Shown here in pieces: positions 47,616-58,423 of a DNA stretch of 64,000 nt. Every line of letters starts with the position of its first letter. Positions within the stretch are counted from its first letter, which is position 1. The stretch is from an uncultured delta proteobacterium. GTDB lineage: Bacteria; Desulfobacterota; Desulfobacteria; Desulfobacterales; UBA2156. The position numbers and the translations under genes were made by a program. The stretch is taken from positions 480,001-544,000 of the forward strand of contig CAVTQK010000021.1 of assembly GCA_963736855.1 (NCBI GenBank), written 5' to 3'. The notes beneath the pieces were generated by a model. The model was not told where the DNA came from and did no database searches. It worked only from the letters and a program-made list of their open reading frames with translations.

Positions 47616-50535
47616 ACGCTTTTTTCAAGATGCCGTCCCATCCTACCGGGATGCGGACAATATTTCCTTGTTTATTTTTAAATAGAAGGTATTCGTTTTC
47701 CATCCCGAACAGCAGCAAATCCCGGGTAATCTCGACATCCTGACGGCAGTATCTCAGAATGTCTTGTATCCGTCCTTCCTTCCACCATGTTAAAGCTTGC
47801 AACCCATCCGCACTTTTGCTTTTCCCCAATGTGATCTTCGCCAGATGATCCAGGGAGAGTCGGTATCCGAGGCGGTGATGGATCTCTTCCAAAATATCCA
47901 ACGTAGGAAGTGTCTCAAAGTCGAAATTCGAATATCCCCTTAAAACACCATAATCGAAGCGCCTGATATTGAAGCCCACCACAAGCTCCAGGCGTTTGAG
48001 CTTTTCGATGAGCGCCGGAACTTCATCTTCCCGATAGGGGATATAGGCATCCTCTTTGGAATCGAAAAGGACGGCACAGCTGATCCGCATGAGATCATTT
48101 CGTTGCCACCCACCCACCTCTTCCGCCGAAAGCTGAGTCTCCAGATCCAGCACTCCGTAGTGCAGAGGGGATACCGGTTTTGTGACACGAATGCGACCAT
48201 GATCTTCACCGGTTTGAGGTTTCTCCATTTTAACGGTCGGCACGGCTGTTGAGGAACGGATCGCATCCAGAATGAAAAGGGCCCCGGCCTTGTCGATGGG
48301 TCGGTTCCCGGACCCGCATTTGGGAGAATGAACGCAAGAAGGACACCCGATTTCACAGGGGCATGTGGCGATGACCTTATGGGTGAGTCTCAGCAGCTCC
48401 TCGGCCCGGATGAAGGCCTGACGGGTGAGACCCGCACCGCCTGGAACCCCATCATAAATAAACACAGCCGGCCCTTTCACCTGGGGATGAAACGGCATGG
48501 CGATGCCTCCCAAGTCGTTTCGATCCGTCATCACGAGCAAAGGGAAAATACCGATACCGGCGTGCTCAATAGCATGGATTCCCCCCATGAAGTGCAAAAA
48601 TGCCTGGTCGGTCTTGATCTGCACTTCTGGAGGAATCCGATACCACAATCCTTCAGTCTCGAAGATGAGGGGAGGCAAGTCCAATGGAACGATGCCGATC
48701 CTTTTTCCACCATGAATCCGCAGTTTTTCATACCCCGTGACCTGGTCGGTCACCTTCAGGCGCCCGGAATAGACATGAGCGCCCCACACCGGTTTTTCCT
48801 CATAGATATCTAAGATCTCTGTATTTTTATGACCCCGGACACGGGTATAATAATCGACTTTGGCTGAAACGGCGTGGGCGGTCCGGGTGGAAAGATCCAG
48901 ATGCTTGATCAAAAAAGACTCCCCCCGGTGGAGATAGACGGCCCCCGGGTGGGTCTCCCTAAAAGCTCGAAAACCATCAACCTCTCCGATCGTTGCACCG
49001 TTTTCCCCTGAGATGATGAAGCGATCCCCTGCCCCGCGGAGATCCACTTCCCGGTGGGGAGACCGTCTTTTCGAGTAAAGCACTTCTCCATCCGCGCTGC
49101 GCAACAATTCTCCGATTTCTTCAAGACCTGCCACCGCATATTGAACCGGTTTTTCAGATAAAAAGGGTTCTCTCAACTTCAGGGGAAGTTCCGCCGCCGC
49201 ACAAACCAAATGCTTGGATAAAATGGCCGGATTGTAAGGGTTGATGACTGCGGCCTCCGGTTCCCGGTTCACAAAATCTTCCGGGTTCCTCATGAAATAC
49301 TGATCGAGGGCATCCTCACCGGCAACCAGGATCATGGCACTGTTCTGACCGGTTCGACCCACTCTTCCGCCCCGCTGCCATGTAGCGATAACGGAACCCG
49401 GATAACCCACCAGGATGCACAGATCCAGGTTCCCGATGTCGATCCCCAGTTCCAGTGCGCTGGTGGACACCACCGCCAAAAGGTCGCCGGTGGAAAGCCT
49501 GTGTTCGATCTCCCGGCGTTCCTCAGGTAAAAATCCAGCCCGGTAGGCGCTGATTTTCTCCGAATATGGACCGGCCTGAGTGGACGCCCAGAGGGCGATG
49601 AGTTCGGTGAGCTTTCGTGACTGGGTATATACGATCGTCCTGAGGCCGCGGACGAGAGCGGCTTTCAGAAGCAAGATAGCCATCTGGGCTGCGCTTTCCG
49701 TGGGATTGATAAACAGGAGGTGTCGTTTTCCTCGTCCCGCCCCGCTTTCAGTGATGGGCTCAGCCCGGACCCCGGTAAGTTGACTGGAAAGCTGAGAAGG
49801 ATTGGAAATCGTTGCGGAACTGAACAAATAGGACGGGGAAACCCCGTAGTTGGCGCACACCCGGTTAAACCGCCGGAAAACCTGTGCCATATGGGATCCC
49901 ATGATCCCCCGATACGTATGTACCTCATCCACCACCACGATCTCGAGGTGCCTTAAAAACCCTGCCCATTTGAGGTGGTGTGGAAGGATGGAAAGATGCA
50001 ACATCTCCGGATTCGTCAATAGGATGTTGGGAGGACGCTCCCGGATTTTTTTGCGCTGCCATGCCGTCGTATCCCCATCATAGATAGCCGCCGTGGGAAG
50101 GATTCCCTCGAGATGGCTGGTTGTCTCTTGAAAAACCCGCAATTGATCCTGGGCCAAAGCTTTGAGCGGAAAGAGGAACAAAGCCCTGAATTGCGGGTTT
50201 TGAAAAAACTTTTCCAAGACGGGGAGCGTGTAGACCAATGTTTTTCCGCTGGCGGTAGGTGTTGCGATCACAACGGATCGGTTCGACCTGAGGTGGTCCA
50301 TTGCCTGAGCCTGATGGGAATAAAGACGCGCAATACCCGTCTTTTCCAGTATACGGTTAATGGAATCCGGCCATGCTTTTTTGGACCGGGTCCAATAGGG
50401 TGTTATCGCCGGAAAGATCTTATGATAAACCGCCTGCCCCGCCAGCCGTGGAGAGGATTTCAACGAATGAACGTATTCGTCGATCGGGGAACTGAGGCTT
50501 TTATTCATACAGATGGCCTGAAATTCCAAGTTCAC
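47608..50535 (-). CDS. MrfA/SftH/Hrq1-type SF2 helicase (DUF1998) fused to a C-terminal DEDD/RNase H-like exonuclease domain
   Basis: TPTASGKT, DEVH, SAT, QRGGRVGR, DUF1998 CPCEIGCPSC; C-terminal VLDLETQ, VGFNIRRFD, YCRQDV. Confidence 0.88.
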   Translation of the reverse strand: MNLEFQAICMNKSLSSPIDEYVHSLKSSPRLAGQAVYHKIFPAITPYWTRSKKAWPDSINRILEKTGIARLYSHQAQAMDHLRSNRSVVIATPTASGKTLVYTLPVLEKFFQNPQFRALFLFPLKALAQDQLRVFQETTSHLEGILPTAAIYDGDTTAWQRKKIRERPPNILLTNPEMLHLSILPHHLKWAGFLRHLEIVVVDEVHTYRGIMGSHMAQVFRRFNRVCANYGVSPSYLFSSATISNPSQLSSQLTGVRAEPITESGAGRGKRHLLFINPTESAAQMAILLLKAALVRGLRTIVYTQSRKLTELIALWASTQAGPYSEKISAYRAGFLPEERREIEHRLSTGDLLAVVSTSALELGIDIGNLDLCILVGYPGSVIATWQRGGRVGRTGQNSAMILVAGEDALDQYFMRNPEDFVNREPEAAVINPYNPAILSKHLVCAAAELPLKLREPFLSEKPVQYAVAGLEEIGELLRSADGEVLYSKRRSPHREVDLRGAGDRFIISGENGATIGEVDGFRAFRETHPGAVYLHRGESFLIKHLDLSTRTAHAVSAKVDYYTRVRGHKNTEILDIYEEKPVWGAHVYSGRLKVTDQVTGYEKLRIHGGKRIGIVPLDLPPLIFETEGLWYRIPPEVQIKTDQAFLHFMGGIHAIEHAGIGIFPLLVMTDRNDLGGIAMPFHPQVKGPAVFIYDGVPGGAGLTRQAFIRAEELLRLTHKVIATCPCEIGCPSCVHSPKCGSGNRPIDKAGALFILDAIRSSTAVPTVKMEKPQTGEDHGRIRVTKPVSPLHYGVLDLETQLSAEEVGGWQRNDLMRISCAVLFDSKEDAYIPYREDEVPALIEKLKRLELVVGFNIRRFDYGVLRGYSNFDFETLPTLDILEEIHHRLGYRLSLDHLAKITLGKSKSADGLQALTWWKEGRIQDILRYCRQDVEITRDLLLFGMENEYLLFKNKQGNIVRIPVGWDGILKKASK

Positions 50536-50869
50536 GTTATTTAGTTGAGTTCAAAGTATTTTTGTTATATTAGAGTATGAAAGGATGCAAGTACACTCTC
50601 ATAAACCGCAAACCAACCTTTTTCCGGATACCGACCGTCCGGCCATATACCTATCGATTCGGAGGTTCGATCGCTGTCACTTCGGCCTATTACATGGAAA
50701 AAGGTTCAACCAAAGGGCCCGATAGGGTGGAAGACCCGCTCACTAAAAACTTTAGTCCTCGCCAAGTTTCATTTACATACCGCTTTATGACAAAACGTTC
50801 CGGTGTCTCGGCGTTTCCCAGTCGCATCGGCGGCATTGGGGACTTCTATAGTGCGGCAGCGGAGCGATA

Positions 50870-52144
50870 ATGATCCTGCAAATCATTATTCTCGTGGTTT
50901 TGATTCTTTTCTCAGGCTTTTTTTCTTCGGCAGAAACAGCCTTTTTTTCCATCGGTCGCACCCGGGCACGACATCTGGCAAAAAATGAAGGGCCGCCCTT
51001 TGAACTGATTTTGAAAATGAAGGAAAACCCGCACAGACTATTGAGCACCGTCCTTGTGGGAAATAACCTGGTCAACATTTCAGCCGCTGCCTTGGCCACT
51101 TCCATCACCATGGATGTCTTTCCCAACTACGCCGTGAGTGCGGCCACCGGTATCATGACGCTTGTGATTCTGGTTTTCGGCGAGGTACTTCCAAAATCCA
51201 TTGCTGCCCGAAACAACGTCCTCATCGCCCGGCTGACGATCTATCCTATCTACTGGTTTTCTTTCCTCTTTTACCCGATTCTGCTGGTTTTAAATTTCAT
51301 TCCCAAACTCACCGGAAAAATGACCAAATCGCCCGGTCTTACGGAAGAGGAACTCATCACATTTGTTGAAGCCGTGGAAGAGGAGGGTCGGATCAAGGAA
51401 CAGGAAAAAGAGCTGATCCATAACATTTTTGAACTCGACGACACCAATGCCTCGGAAATCATGACGCCTAGGGCCGACATGTTCGTCATCGATGCGAAAA
51501 AGCCGCTTGAGTTGGAAAAAATACTCCAGTCCGGATACACCCGTATTCCGGTCATCGAAGGTTCCATCGATCAAGTGATCGGAATTCTCAATATCAAGGA
51601 TCTGTTCCTGTATCAGGCTCGCTGTGATGCGTCCATCGACATCCGAAAAATCATGAGGGCTCCCTACTTTGTCCCTGAGCATAAAAAGCTGGACCGATTG
51701 TTGCAGCAGTTCCGGAAGCGCAAAGACCATATGGCCATCGTCGTGGATGAATATGGCGGGGTGGCCGGGCTTGTTACGTTGGAAGACGCCCTTGAGGAAC
51801 TCGTGGGAGAAATCAGCGATGAGACAGACGTTGAAGACACCCATGTCCTGAAGCTGGGTGAAAACGAATGGATCGTCATGGGAAAAACCGAGGTGGACGA
51901 GGTCAATGATGCAGTCGGCATGAAAATCCCCGACTCCAGCGAATATGACACCTTCTCCGGGTTCATCCTGAATCTGACCGGCAGAATACCCAAAGAAAAA
52001 GAAGAGATCGTGTTCAACGAATACCGCATCATCATCAGAAAGATGGCCGGTAATCGGATCAAGGAGCTTGGCGTTAAAAAGGCTACGGAAAACCAAGTCT
52101 CGCTCATTCAAAATGGAATAAAAACGGCCCCTCGTATTGGATAA
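50870..52144 (+). CDS. CNNM/HlyC-CorC family membrane protein (DUF21 + CBS pair + CorC domain)
   Basis: FFSSAETA, GNNLVN, FGEVLPKS, IMTPR, SGYTRIPV, VVDEYGG, LEDALEELVGEI.DETD. Confidence 0.92.
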   Translation: MILQIIILVVLILFSGFFSSAETAFFSIGRTRARHLAKNEGPPFELILKMKENPHRLLSTVLVGNNLVNISAAALATSITMDVFPNYAVSAATGIMTLVILVFGEVLPKSIAARNNVLIARLTIYPIYWFSFLFYPILLVLNFIPKLTGKMTKSPGLTEEELITFVEAVEEEGRIKEQEKELIHNIFELDDTNASEIMTPRADMFVIDAKKPLELEKILQSGYTRIPVIEGSIDQVIGILNIKDLFLYQARCDASIDIRKIMRAPYFVPEHKKLDRLLQQFRKRKDHMAIVVDEYGGVAGLVTLEDALEELVGEISDETDVEDTHVLKLGENEWIVMGKTEVDEVNDAVGMKIPDSSEYDTFSGFILNLTGRIPKEKEEIVFNEYRIIIRKMAGNRIKELGVKKATENQVSLIQNGIKTAPRIG

Positions 52145-52251
52145 TACAAAAGCGCAATGGTTATTGAAGATCTTTTATCTCGCAAGGTTCATCGTGTCGC
52201 CGGGTGAGTTACAGGAAGTTGCTCACGTCGGGCATGGAAGGAATGCAAGCG

Positions 52252-52785
52252 ATGCAACTGACCGATCTGTTGCCACTGGAAAAGTGGATTGAAATCGAAA
52301 AAGAGATTTACCGACGCTCGGGTCTGGACGCTTCGGTTTTCGATACAAAGGGGTACCGCATCACCAGTTATAAAGAATGGGCCAATCGCCTTTGTCCGGC
52401 CATAAAAGCCAACGACAAGGGGCAAAGTTACATTTGTGCGGTAGCGCACATGAACGTGGCTTCCCAAGCCCAACAGACCCGAAAACCGGTCATCGAAGAA
52501 TGCGATACCGGCCTGGTTAAAGCCTGTGTCCCCATCATCGTCGGGGATGAGTATATCGGCACCCTGTGCGGATGCGGGATGATCCGGGATGCCGGTGAAG
52601 TGGAAATCTTTCTGGTCAATAAAATAACCGGGATCGATGAACAAATCCTTGAAACGCTCTCCGAGGATATCCCCAGTATTTCAACCGAAGATATCCAAAA
52701 ACTTCTGTTATATATGTCGAATACTATTGATGAAGCCATAGCCAACTATGAAAATCAGGGGACAAAAATGGAAAATGTCTCTTAA
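52252..52785 (+). CDS. stand-alone PocR ligand-binding domain protein
   Basis: Conserved cysteines: LCPAIK...ICA...EECDTGL...PIIVGDEYIG. Confidence 0.8.
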   Translation: MQLTDLLPLEKWIEIEKEIYRRSGLDASVFDTKGYRITSYKEWANRLCPAIKANDKGQSYICAVAHMNVASQAQQTRKPVIEECDTGLVKACVPIIVGDEYIGTLCGCGMIRDAGEVEIFLVNKITGIDEQILETLSEDIPSISTEDIQKLLLYMSNTIDEAIANYENQGTKMENVS

Positions 52786-52915
52786 AACATATCGACTGAT
52801 CGATTGATTGGATCATTTTTTCAGGAGTCAAAGAACGGTTTGCGTTTGGGTAAACTATGGCAACGGATAATTCGAAATCCGGAAACCGGATCAATCGCTA
52901 AGGAAAGAAAATCCC

Positions 52916-53338
52916 ATGAAACTGTCGACTCGAAGCCGATATGGCGTCAGAATCCTTGTGGAACTTGCCCAACAGGCAGATAGCGGACCCGTAAAAGTGG
53001 GAAAGATCTCCAATAATCAGAAAATCACCATCAAATACCTGGAACAGCTCATTCAGCCCCTGAAGAAAGCCGGTCTTGTGAAAAGCTTTCGAGGGCCAAA
53101 AGGCGGTCATCAACTTGCCAAGAAGCCCGGAGAGATTATGTTGAGTCAGGTTGTTCGAATCCTTGAGGGGAAAACCGACCTGTTGGATTGTATCCTCAAA
53201 CCGGAAACATGTACATTTTCTGAAAGGTGCCGGGCTCGTTTGGCCTGGAAGGAAGCCTCGGACGCCCTGTACGAAAAATTAAATTCCATCTCCATCGCCG
53301 ATCTGATCCAAGACGATGCCGCCGTCACCTGCCCCTGA
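52916..53338 (+). CDS. Rrf2-family transcriptional regulator (three-Cys, IscR/CymR-like)
   Basis: LSTRSRYG, YLEQL, S.RGPKGG, C.....TC....C. Confidence 0.92.
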   Translation: MKLSTRSRYGVRILVELAQQADSGPVKVGKISNNQKITIKYLEQLIQPLKKAGLVKSFRGPKGGHQLAKKPGEIMLSQVVRILEGKTDLLDCILKPETCTFSERCRARLAWKEASDALYEKLNSISIADLIQDDAAVTCP

Positions 53339-53464
53339 TCCGAGGGCCCGAAGATCTTTTCAAAACAGGTCCTATCAAAATTGACACCGGATTCGGAATC
53401 GCATATAGAATATGCAGAGTCGAAATGAATTCAATACCCTTTCACGGTCCGTAGAGCCGGCATT

Positions 53465-54019
53465 ATGCAAAAATTGATTATTTCCGTGATCGGCTACGAT
53501 CGGCCGGGTATCATCGCTGCCATCAGCCGTGCCCTTTTCGAACAGGGATGCAACATTGAAAATGTCTCTCAAACGATCCTGCAATCGCAGTTTGCCGGCG
53601 TCTTCATCGCTTCCATACCCTCTGAATTCACGGTGGAAAGTCTTTCCCGACAACTGGAAAAAGATATGACTGCAATGGGCCTGCAAGTGCACCTCATGCC
53701 GTTTTCCCTCCAACCACCCTGTTTTCAAAACATAAATAGCCAACCCTTCGTGATCACCACTCAGGGACCCGACCGGAAAGGCCTTGTGGCCGGGATCACC
53801 GAGGTTATCGCCCGGCATGGCGCCAACGTCACCAACCTACAGGCTGTTTTTAAGGGGGGGGAAATTCCCGGTGACAACATCATGATCTACGAAGTGGACA
53901 TCCCCGAATCCACGGACTGGCAGGCCTTCAACGTGGACCTAAGAGCGCGTGCATCCGATTTGAACCTTCAGATCAGCATCCAGCACCGAAACATCTTTGA
54001 AGCCATTAACCGGATTTAG
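53465..54019 (+). CDS. tandem ACT-domain protein (GcvR-like)
   Basis: Two ACT motifs, GYDRPGII and GPDRKGLV; ends QHRNIFEAINRI. Confidence 0.88.
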   Translation: MQKLIISVIGYDRPGIIAAISRALFEQGCNIENVSQTILQSQFAGVFIASIPSEFTVESLSRQLEKDMTAMGLQVHLMPFSLQPPCFQNINSQPFVITTQGPDRKGLVAGITEVIARHGANVTNLQAVFKGGEIPGDNIMIYEVDIPESTDWQAFNVDLRARASDLNLQISIQHRNIFEAINRI

Positions 54020-54031
54020 ACGGGGAAAACC

Positions 54032-55406
54032 ATGCTAAGCGACCGCGAGATCCTTTCCACTCTGGAGATGTTGACGAAACGAACATCTGGACGTGCGCAC
54101 GGTGACTCTGGGTATCAACCTTTTCACTTGTGTATCCCATAGTCTGAAGCGACTGAGAGCCAATATCCGTAAAAAAATCTTCTCCCATGCCAAAAATTTG
54201 GTTGTAACCTGTAACGCAATAGAGGACAAATACGGCATCCCGGTGGTGAACAAAAGGATCGCCGTCAGCCCCATCGCAGCCGTCGGAGCCCCGTTTGCTG
54301 CCGATGAATTGGTTGAAGTCGCCAAAACCCTGGATGCAGTCGCCGTCGAGGTTAATGTCGACTTCATCGGCGGTTTCAGCGCGCTGGTGGAAAAAGGGCT
54401 GGCCTCAGGCGATCGCAGCCTCATTCATGCCATCCCCAAAGCGCTTTGTGAAACCGAGCGGGTATGTGCCTCTGTGAATGTGGCTTCCACCCGGGCGGGC
54501 ATCAACATCGACGCCGTTTTGATGATGGGAGACGTGATCCGTAAAACGGCGGAATTATCCGCCCATCGGGACGGTATCGGCTGTGCCAAGTTGTGCGTTT
54601 TTGCAAATATCCCTCAGGATATCCCTTTCATGGCCGGTGCGTATTTAGGCATCGGGGAAGCCGAGGCGGTTATTAATGTGGGGGTAAGCGGGCCGGGCGT
54701 GGTTAAAAAGGCCATCGATCGCGCATTGGAATCGAATCCGCGCCTGGATTTGGGACAGCTTTCGGATCTGATTAAAAAAACCGCTTACAAGGTAACCCGG
54801 GTGGGGGAGCTTATCGGCCGGGAAGTCGCAGAAAAACTTGGGATTCCCTTTGGAGTAGTGGATCTTTCCCTGGCTCCGACGCCTAATGTCGGCGACAGTG
54901 TCGGCGAAATCTTTCAGAGTCTGGGACTCGCCGCCATCGGCGTTCCCGGAACCACGGCCGCTCTGGCTCTTGTGACCGACGCAGTCAAGAAGGGTGGGGC
55001 ATTTGCCAGTTCCAAGGTCGGAGGATTGAGCGGCGCCTTCATACCGGTGAGCGAGGATCTCAACATTGCCGAAGCAGCCGGTTCCGGCTTCCTGAATATC
55101 GAGAAGCTCGAGGCCCTCACCAGCGTCTGCTCGGTGGGATTGGACATGATCGCCATCCCCGGGGATACGCCGGAAGCGTGTATCGCCGCCATCATCGCCG
55201 ATGAAATGGCCATAGGCGTCATCAATAAAAAAACCACTGCCGCCAGGCTGATCCCGGTCCCAGGGAAAAAAGCCGGGGACCGTGCCTATTTCGGCGGTCT
55301 TTTGGGGGAGGCTGTCATCATTCCCATCAATAACGCCGGAATCCCCAATCGATTCATCCTGCGCGGAGGACTCATCCCGGCTCCTATTCACAGCTTAACC
55401 AATTGA
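54032..55406 (+). CDS. DUF711 / UPF0210 (PFL-like) protein; frameshift near 54075
   Basis: ATG 54032 MLSDREILSTLEM...EHLDVRTVTLGINL, NKRIAVSP, DFIGGFSALV, NVGVSGPGVV, DLSLAPTP, CSVGLDM; known partner of the upstream ACT gene. Confidence 0.9.
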
Positions 55407-55422
55407 CGGAAAGGAACCCGAC

Positions 55423-56202
55423 ATGAACTACGACCATCTCATCGTTTCTGCCGAGAATGATCACGTGGCCACCATTACCCTCAATCGTCCGGACCAATTG
55501 AATACCTTCAATACGGCGATGGCCATTGAACTGACTTCCGCCCTCGATGCCCTCGATGCCGATGCCGATACGTGCGTCATCATCATCAAAGGAGCCGGAA
55601 AAGCCTTTTGTGCCGGTATCGATGTCAAGGAACTTTCGGGAAAAACTACCCTTGAATATCGGGATTGGGTGGAACGCATGGAGAATCCGCTTCTAGCCAT
55701 CAGCCGCCTAAAGAAACCGGTCATCGCCCAGGTACATGGGGTGGCGGCGGCCAACGGCGCGGGCCTTGTGGCGGCTGCCGACTTGGCCACGGCCGCAGAA
55801 AACGCCCGAATGGGGTTGACCGCCATCAATGTGGGGCTCAACTGTGTCGGCCCGGTGCTCCCGGTCAGTCGTTCCGTCGGAAGAAAACGAGCCCTTGAAC
55901 TACTCTTTTCCGGTGATCTGATCCCGGCCCCGAAGGCTTTGGAGTGGGGCCTGATTAATCGCGTATTTCCCGCGGCCGACTTGGAAAAAGAAACACGAAG
56001 CTGGGCAAGAGCATTGGCGGGAAAAAGCCCCATCGCCCTTCAGATCGCCAAGAAAGCCTTTTACACAGCCGAGGGTCTGGAGTATCATAAAGCCTTTGAC
56101 TACATGAACGAGGCGTTTGCCCGGTTATGTTCCACAGAGGATGCTAAAGAGGGCGTCAGCGCGTTTTTCGAAAAACGACAACCCCACTGGAAACTTCGAT
56201 AA
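55423..56202 (+). CDS. enoyl-CoA hydratase/isomerase family protein
   Basis: ITLNRP, AFCAGID, KPVIAQVHG, A.EWGLIN, TEDAKEG..AF.EKR.P.W. Confidence 0.93.
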   Translation: MNYDHLIVSAENDHVATITLNRPDQLNTFNTAMAIELTSALDALDADADTCVIIIKGAGKAFCAGIDVKELSGKTTLEYRDWVERMENPLLAISRLKKPVIAQVHGVAAANGAGLVAAADLATAAENARMGLTAINVGLNCVGPVLPVSRSVGRKRALELLFSGDLIPAPKALEWGLINRVFPAADLEKETRSWARALAGKSPIALQIAKKAFYTAEGLEYHKAFDYMNEAFARLCSTEDAKEGVSAFFEKRQPHWKLR

Positions 56203-56247
56203 ACGCTTCAGAAACCGGAAACGCTTTAAAACCGATTCGTAAATATT

Positions 56248-56400
56248 GATGAAATCGTAAAAACTCAAAATTAGGATGGCAAAGGAAAAAGCTTCAGATG
56301 CAAGGCGCGCAAATCCTGAGGAATGAGGCGTACATATGAGTACGCCGCAATGACGAAGGATGCAGTGCAACGCAGGAGATGGACTTTTTACGAAGCCATC
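56248..56400 (+). mobile_element. 153-bp MITE-like repeat, subfamily A, copy 3
   Basis: Near-identical to 28127-28279; perfect flanking duplication AATATT (56242-56247 and 56401-56406). Confidence 0.9.
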
Positions 56401-56404
56401 AATA

Positions 56405-56803
56405 TTATCGTATTGTCACCACAGGGCAATCGGCCTTCAAGATAACGTGCTGGGCCGTGGAGCCGAATATCAGTTTTCCCACTTTCGATTTTCTTCGAAC
56501 GCCGATGAGGATCTCTTCTATCCCGTTTTCCTTTGCAAATCGAACCAGGTCCTCGCCGGGAGTCATCCCGCGGATTAACAGGTGGGTGTTGCATGCGACT
56601 CCCGCGGTTTCGACCTTTTTCTTTCGATTGTTCAAGAGTTCTTCGGCCTTTCGAATGGCCTCCTGCTCGCTTTCATCTCCTTTTTCCATGGAAATGACGA
56701 GTTCCAGATTTCCGCGAAAGGCCTTTGCGTGTCGAACGGCTAAATCCAAAACCTTTTCGGAAATCTCGGAATCATCAATGCCCGCCATGATTTTCATTGT
56801 CAT
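56405..56803 (-). CDS. universal stress protein (UspA family)
   Basis: IMAGIDDS N-terminus; IG.R..S..GKLIFGSTAQ.VIL.A.CPVV. Confidence 0.92.
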   Translation of the reverse strand: MTMKIMAGIDDSEISEKVLDLAVRHAKAFRGNLELVISMEKGDESEQEAIRKAEELLNNRKKKVETAGVACNTHLLIRGMTPGEDLVRFAKENGIEEILIGVRRKSKVGKLIFGSTAQHVILKADCPVVTIR

Positions 56804-56862
56804 TCTTTATCTCCTTTTATTTTCAACCCCGCTTCTCAAATCGACCCCTCTATCGCGTAAGC

Positions 56863-57780
56863 TCAATTCACAGGAAACAGCCATTTCTCAAACGCCTGAT
56901 CTTCTCCTTCGATGATCTTTTGCATCGTGTCGGAAAGTGTCTTCACAACCGGTCCGGATGCACCCGGCAGAAATCGATCATCGATACGCATCAGTGGGAG
57001 GACCTTGAACGGCGTGCAGGAAAGAAACACTTCATCAGCCTCTAAAAACAGTTGAGGCAGGATGCGCATTTCTCTGGTCTCGATTCCTTTTGCCGATGAC
57101 ACCTCCAGCAGGGACTTCCGGGTGATGCTTTGCAAGATGGTACCGCCGATCGGCGTCATTAAAACCCCGTCTTTGACCATGAAAACCGATTCCGTCCCTC
57201 CTTCGGCGACAAATCCCTGGGTATCCAGCAGGATCGCCTGATCGAATCCTCTTTTTTTGGCTTCCATCCTGGCCATCATCCCGTTTAAATAATTGGCTGA
57301 AGCTTTTGCTTCTATAGGAACAGTCCGGGGATCCAGCTTTCGCCACCTGGAAATACAGGCTGAGGCTTCCGGTACCTCCGCGGCCTTGAACTCGGGCAAA
57401 TCCTCTTCGGGGTTCACCGCAAAGATAATCACGGTCAACGGCGCAGACGGAGGCAGAATATCCAGGGCGATTTCCGGATAGCAAGAAATAATTTTGATCA
57501 CCCCTTTTTTCATCCCATTTTTTCTCACTGTCTCCTTGACCCTTTCCTGAAGAAATTCGGGAGTCACCGGCATTTTCATTTCGAGAAATCGGGCGCTTTT
57601 AAAAAGACGAGTGACATGTTCGTCCAGCCTGAAAATCATAGGTTCAAATCGAGTTTCATGCAGGCTCAGCACCTCGAAGATGGCGGATCCTCGTGCAAAG
57701 CTGTGGCTGGCCACATGCACCTTAGCCTGTTCCCACGGAATAAACACATCATTGAAATATACCCACCGTTCTTTCAGCAT
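56863..57780 (-). CDS. class IV aminotransferase (branched-chain amino-acid aminotransferase-like)
   Basis: FE..., FRL.EH..RL, AKASANY, EG....F, IL.SITR, ADEVFL. Confidence 0.9.
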   Translation of the reverse strand: MLKERWVYFNDVFIPWEQAKVHVASHSFARGSAIFEVLSLHETRFEPMIFRLDEHVTRLFKSARFLEMKMPVTPEFLQERVKETVRKNGMKKGVIKIISCYPEIALDILPPSAPLTVIIFAVNPEEDLPEFKAAEVPEASACISRWRKLDPRTVPIEAKASANYLNGMMARMEAKKRGFDQAILLDTQGFVAEGGTESVFMVKDGVLMTPIGGTILQSITRKSLLEVSSAKGIETREMRILPQLFLEADEVFLSCTPFKVLPLMRIDDRFLPGASGPVVKTLSDTMQKIIEGEDQAFEKWLFPVN

Positions 57781-57858
57781 AGTTCTTTCCTTTAGGGATC
57801 ATTACGTTTGTCCGTCGATGTATTTGCCATCCGATTTCGCAACCCATGTAAGTTTTCT

Positions 57859-58377
57859 CTACCGCATGGCTTTGATGACAGCGCGCATGAAGGCCGGAAG
57901 GTCATCGGGAGTACGGCTGGTGATAAGGTTTCCATCAATAACCACTTCCTCGTCCACCCAGGTCGCTCCTGCGTGAATGAGGTCATCCTTGATCGCAAAA
58001 AAGGATGTGACGATTTTTCCTTTCAGGACCTTGGCGGATGCGAGCATCCACCCCGCATGGCAGATGGCGGCCACGACCTTTCCGGCTAAAAAAAGGTCCC
58101 GGACAAGGGCCACCATCTCCGGATGCCGCCGCATATGATCCGGTGCGTATCCTCCGGGAATGATGATACCGTCATAATCTTTGGCCGAAACATCAACGGC
58201 GGCGACATCAACTTTGGCGAGAGTGCCGTCTTTACCGTGATACCGGTCTGCGCTTCCGGATCCCACCACACAAACCCTTGCTCCGGCTTCTTTCAGCCGG
58301 TAATACGGATACCAGAACTCGAAGACGTTAAACATCTCCTCCACGAAAAGAATCACTTTTTTACCTTCCAGTTCCAT
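57859..58377 (-). CDS. PfpI/DJ-1 family protein (type 1 glutamine amidotransferase-like)
   Basis: E.WYP, IPGGYAPD, AAICHAG, ITSRTPDDL. Confidence 0.93.
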   Translation of the reverse strand: MELEGKKVILFVEEMFNVFEFWYPYYRLKEAGARVCVVGSGSADRYHGKDGTLAKVDVAAVDVSAKDYDGIIIPGGYAPDHMRRHPEMVALVRDLFLAGKVVAAICHAGWMLASAKVLKGKIVTSFFAIKDDLIHAGATWVDEEVVIDGNLITSRTPDDLPAFMRAVIKAMR

Positions 58378-58423
58378 GAAAAGCCACCTTTCTTTAACAG
58401 CATTTTATCGACGCATCATTTTT

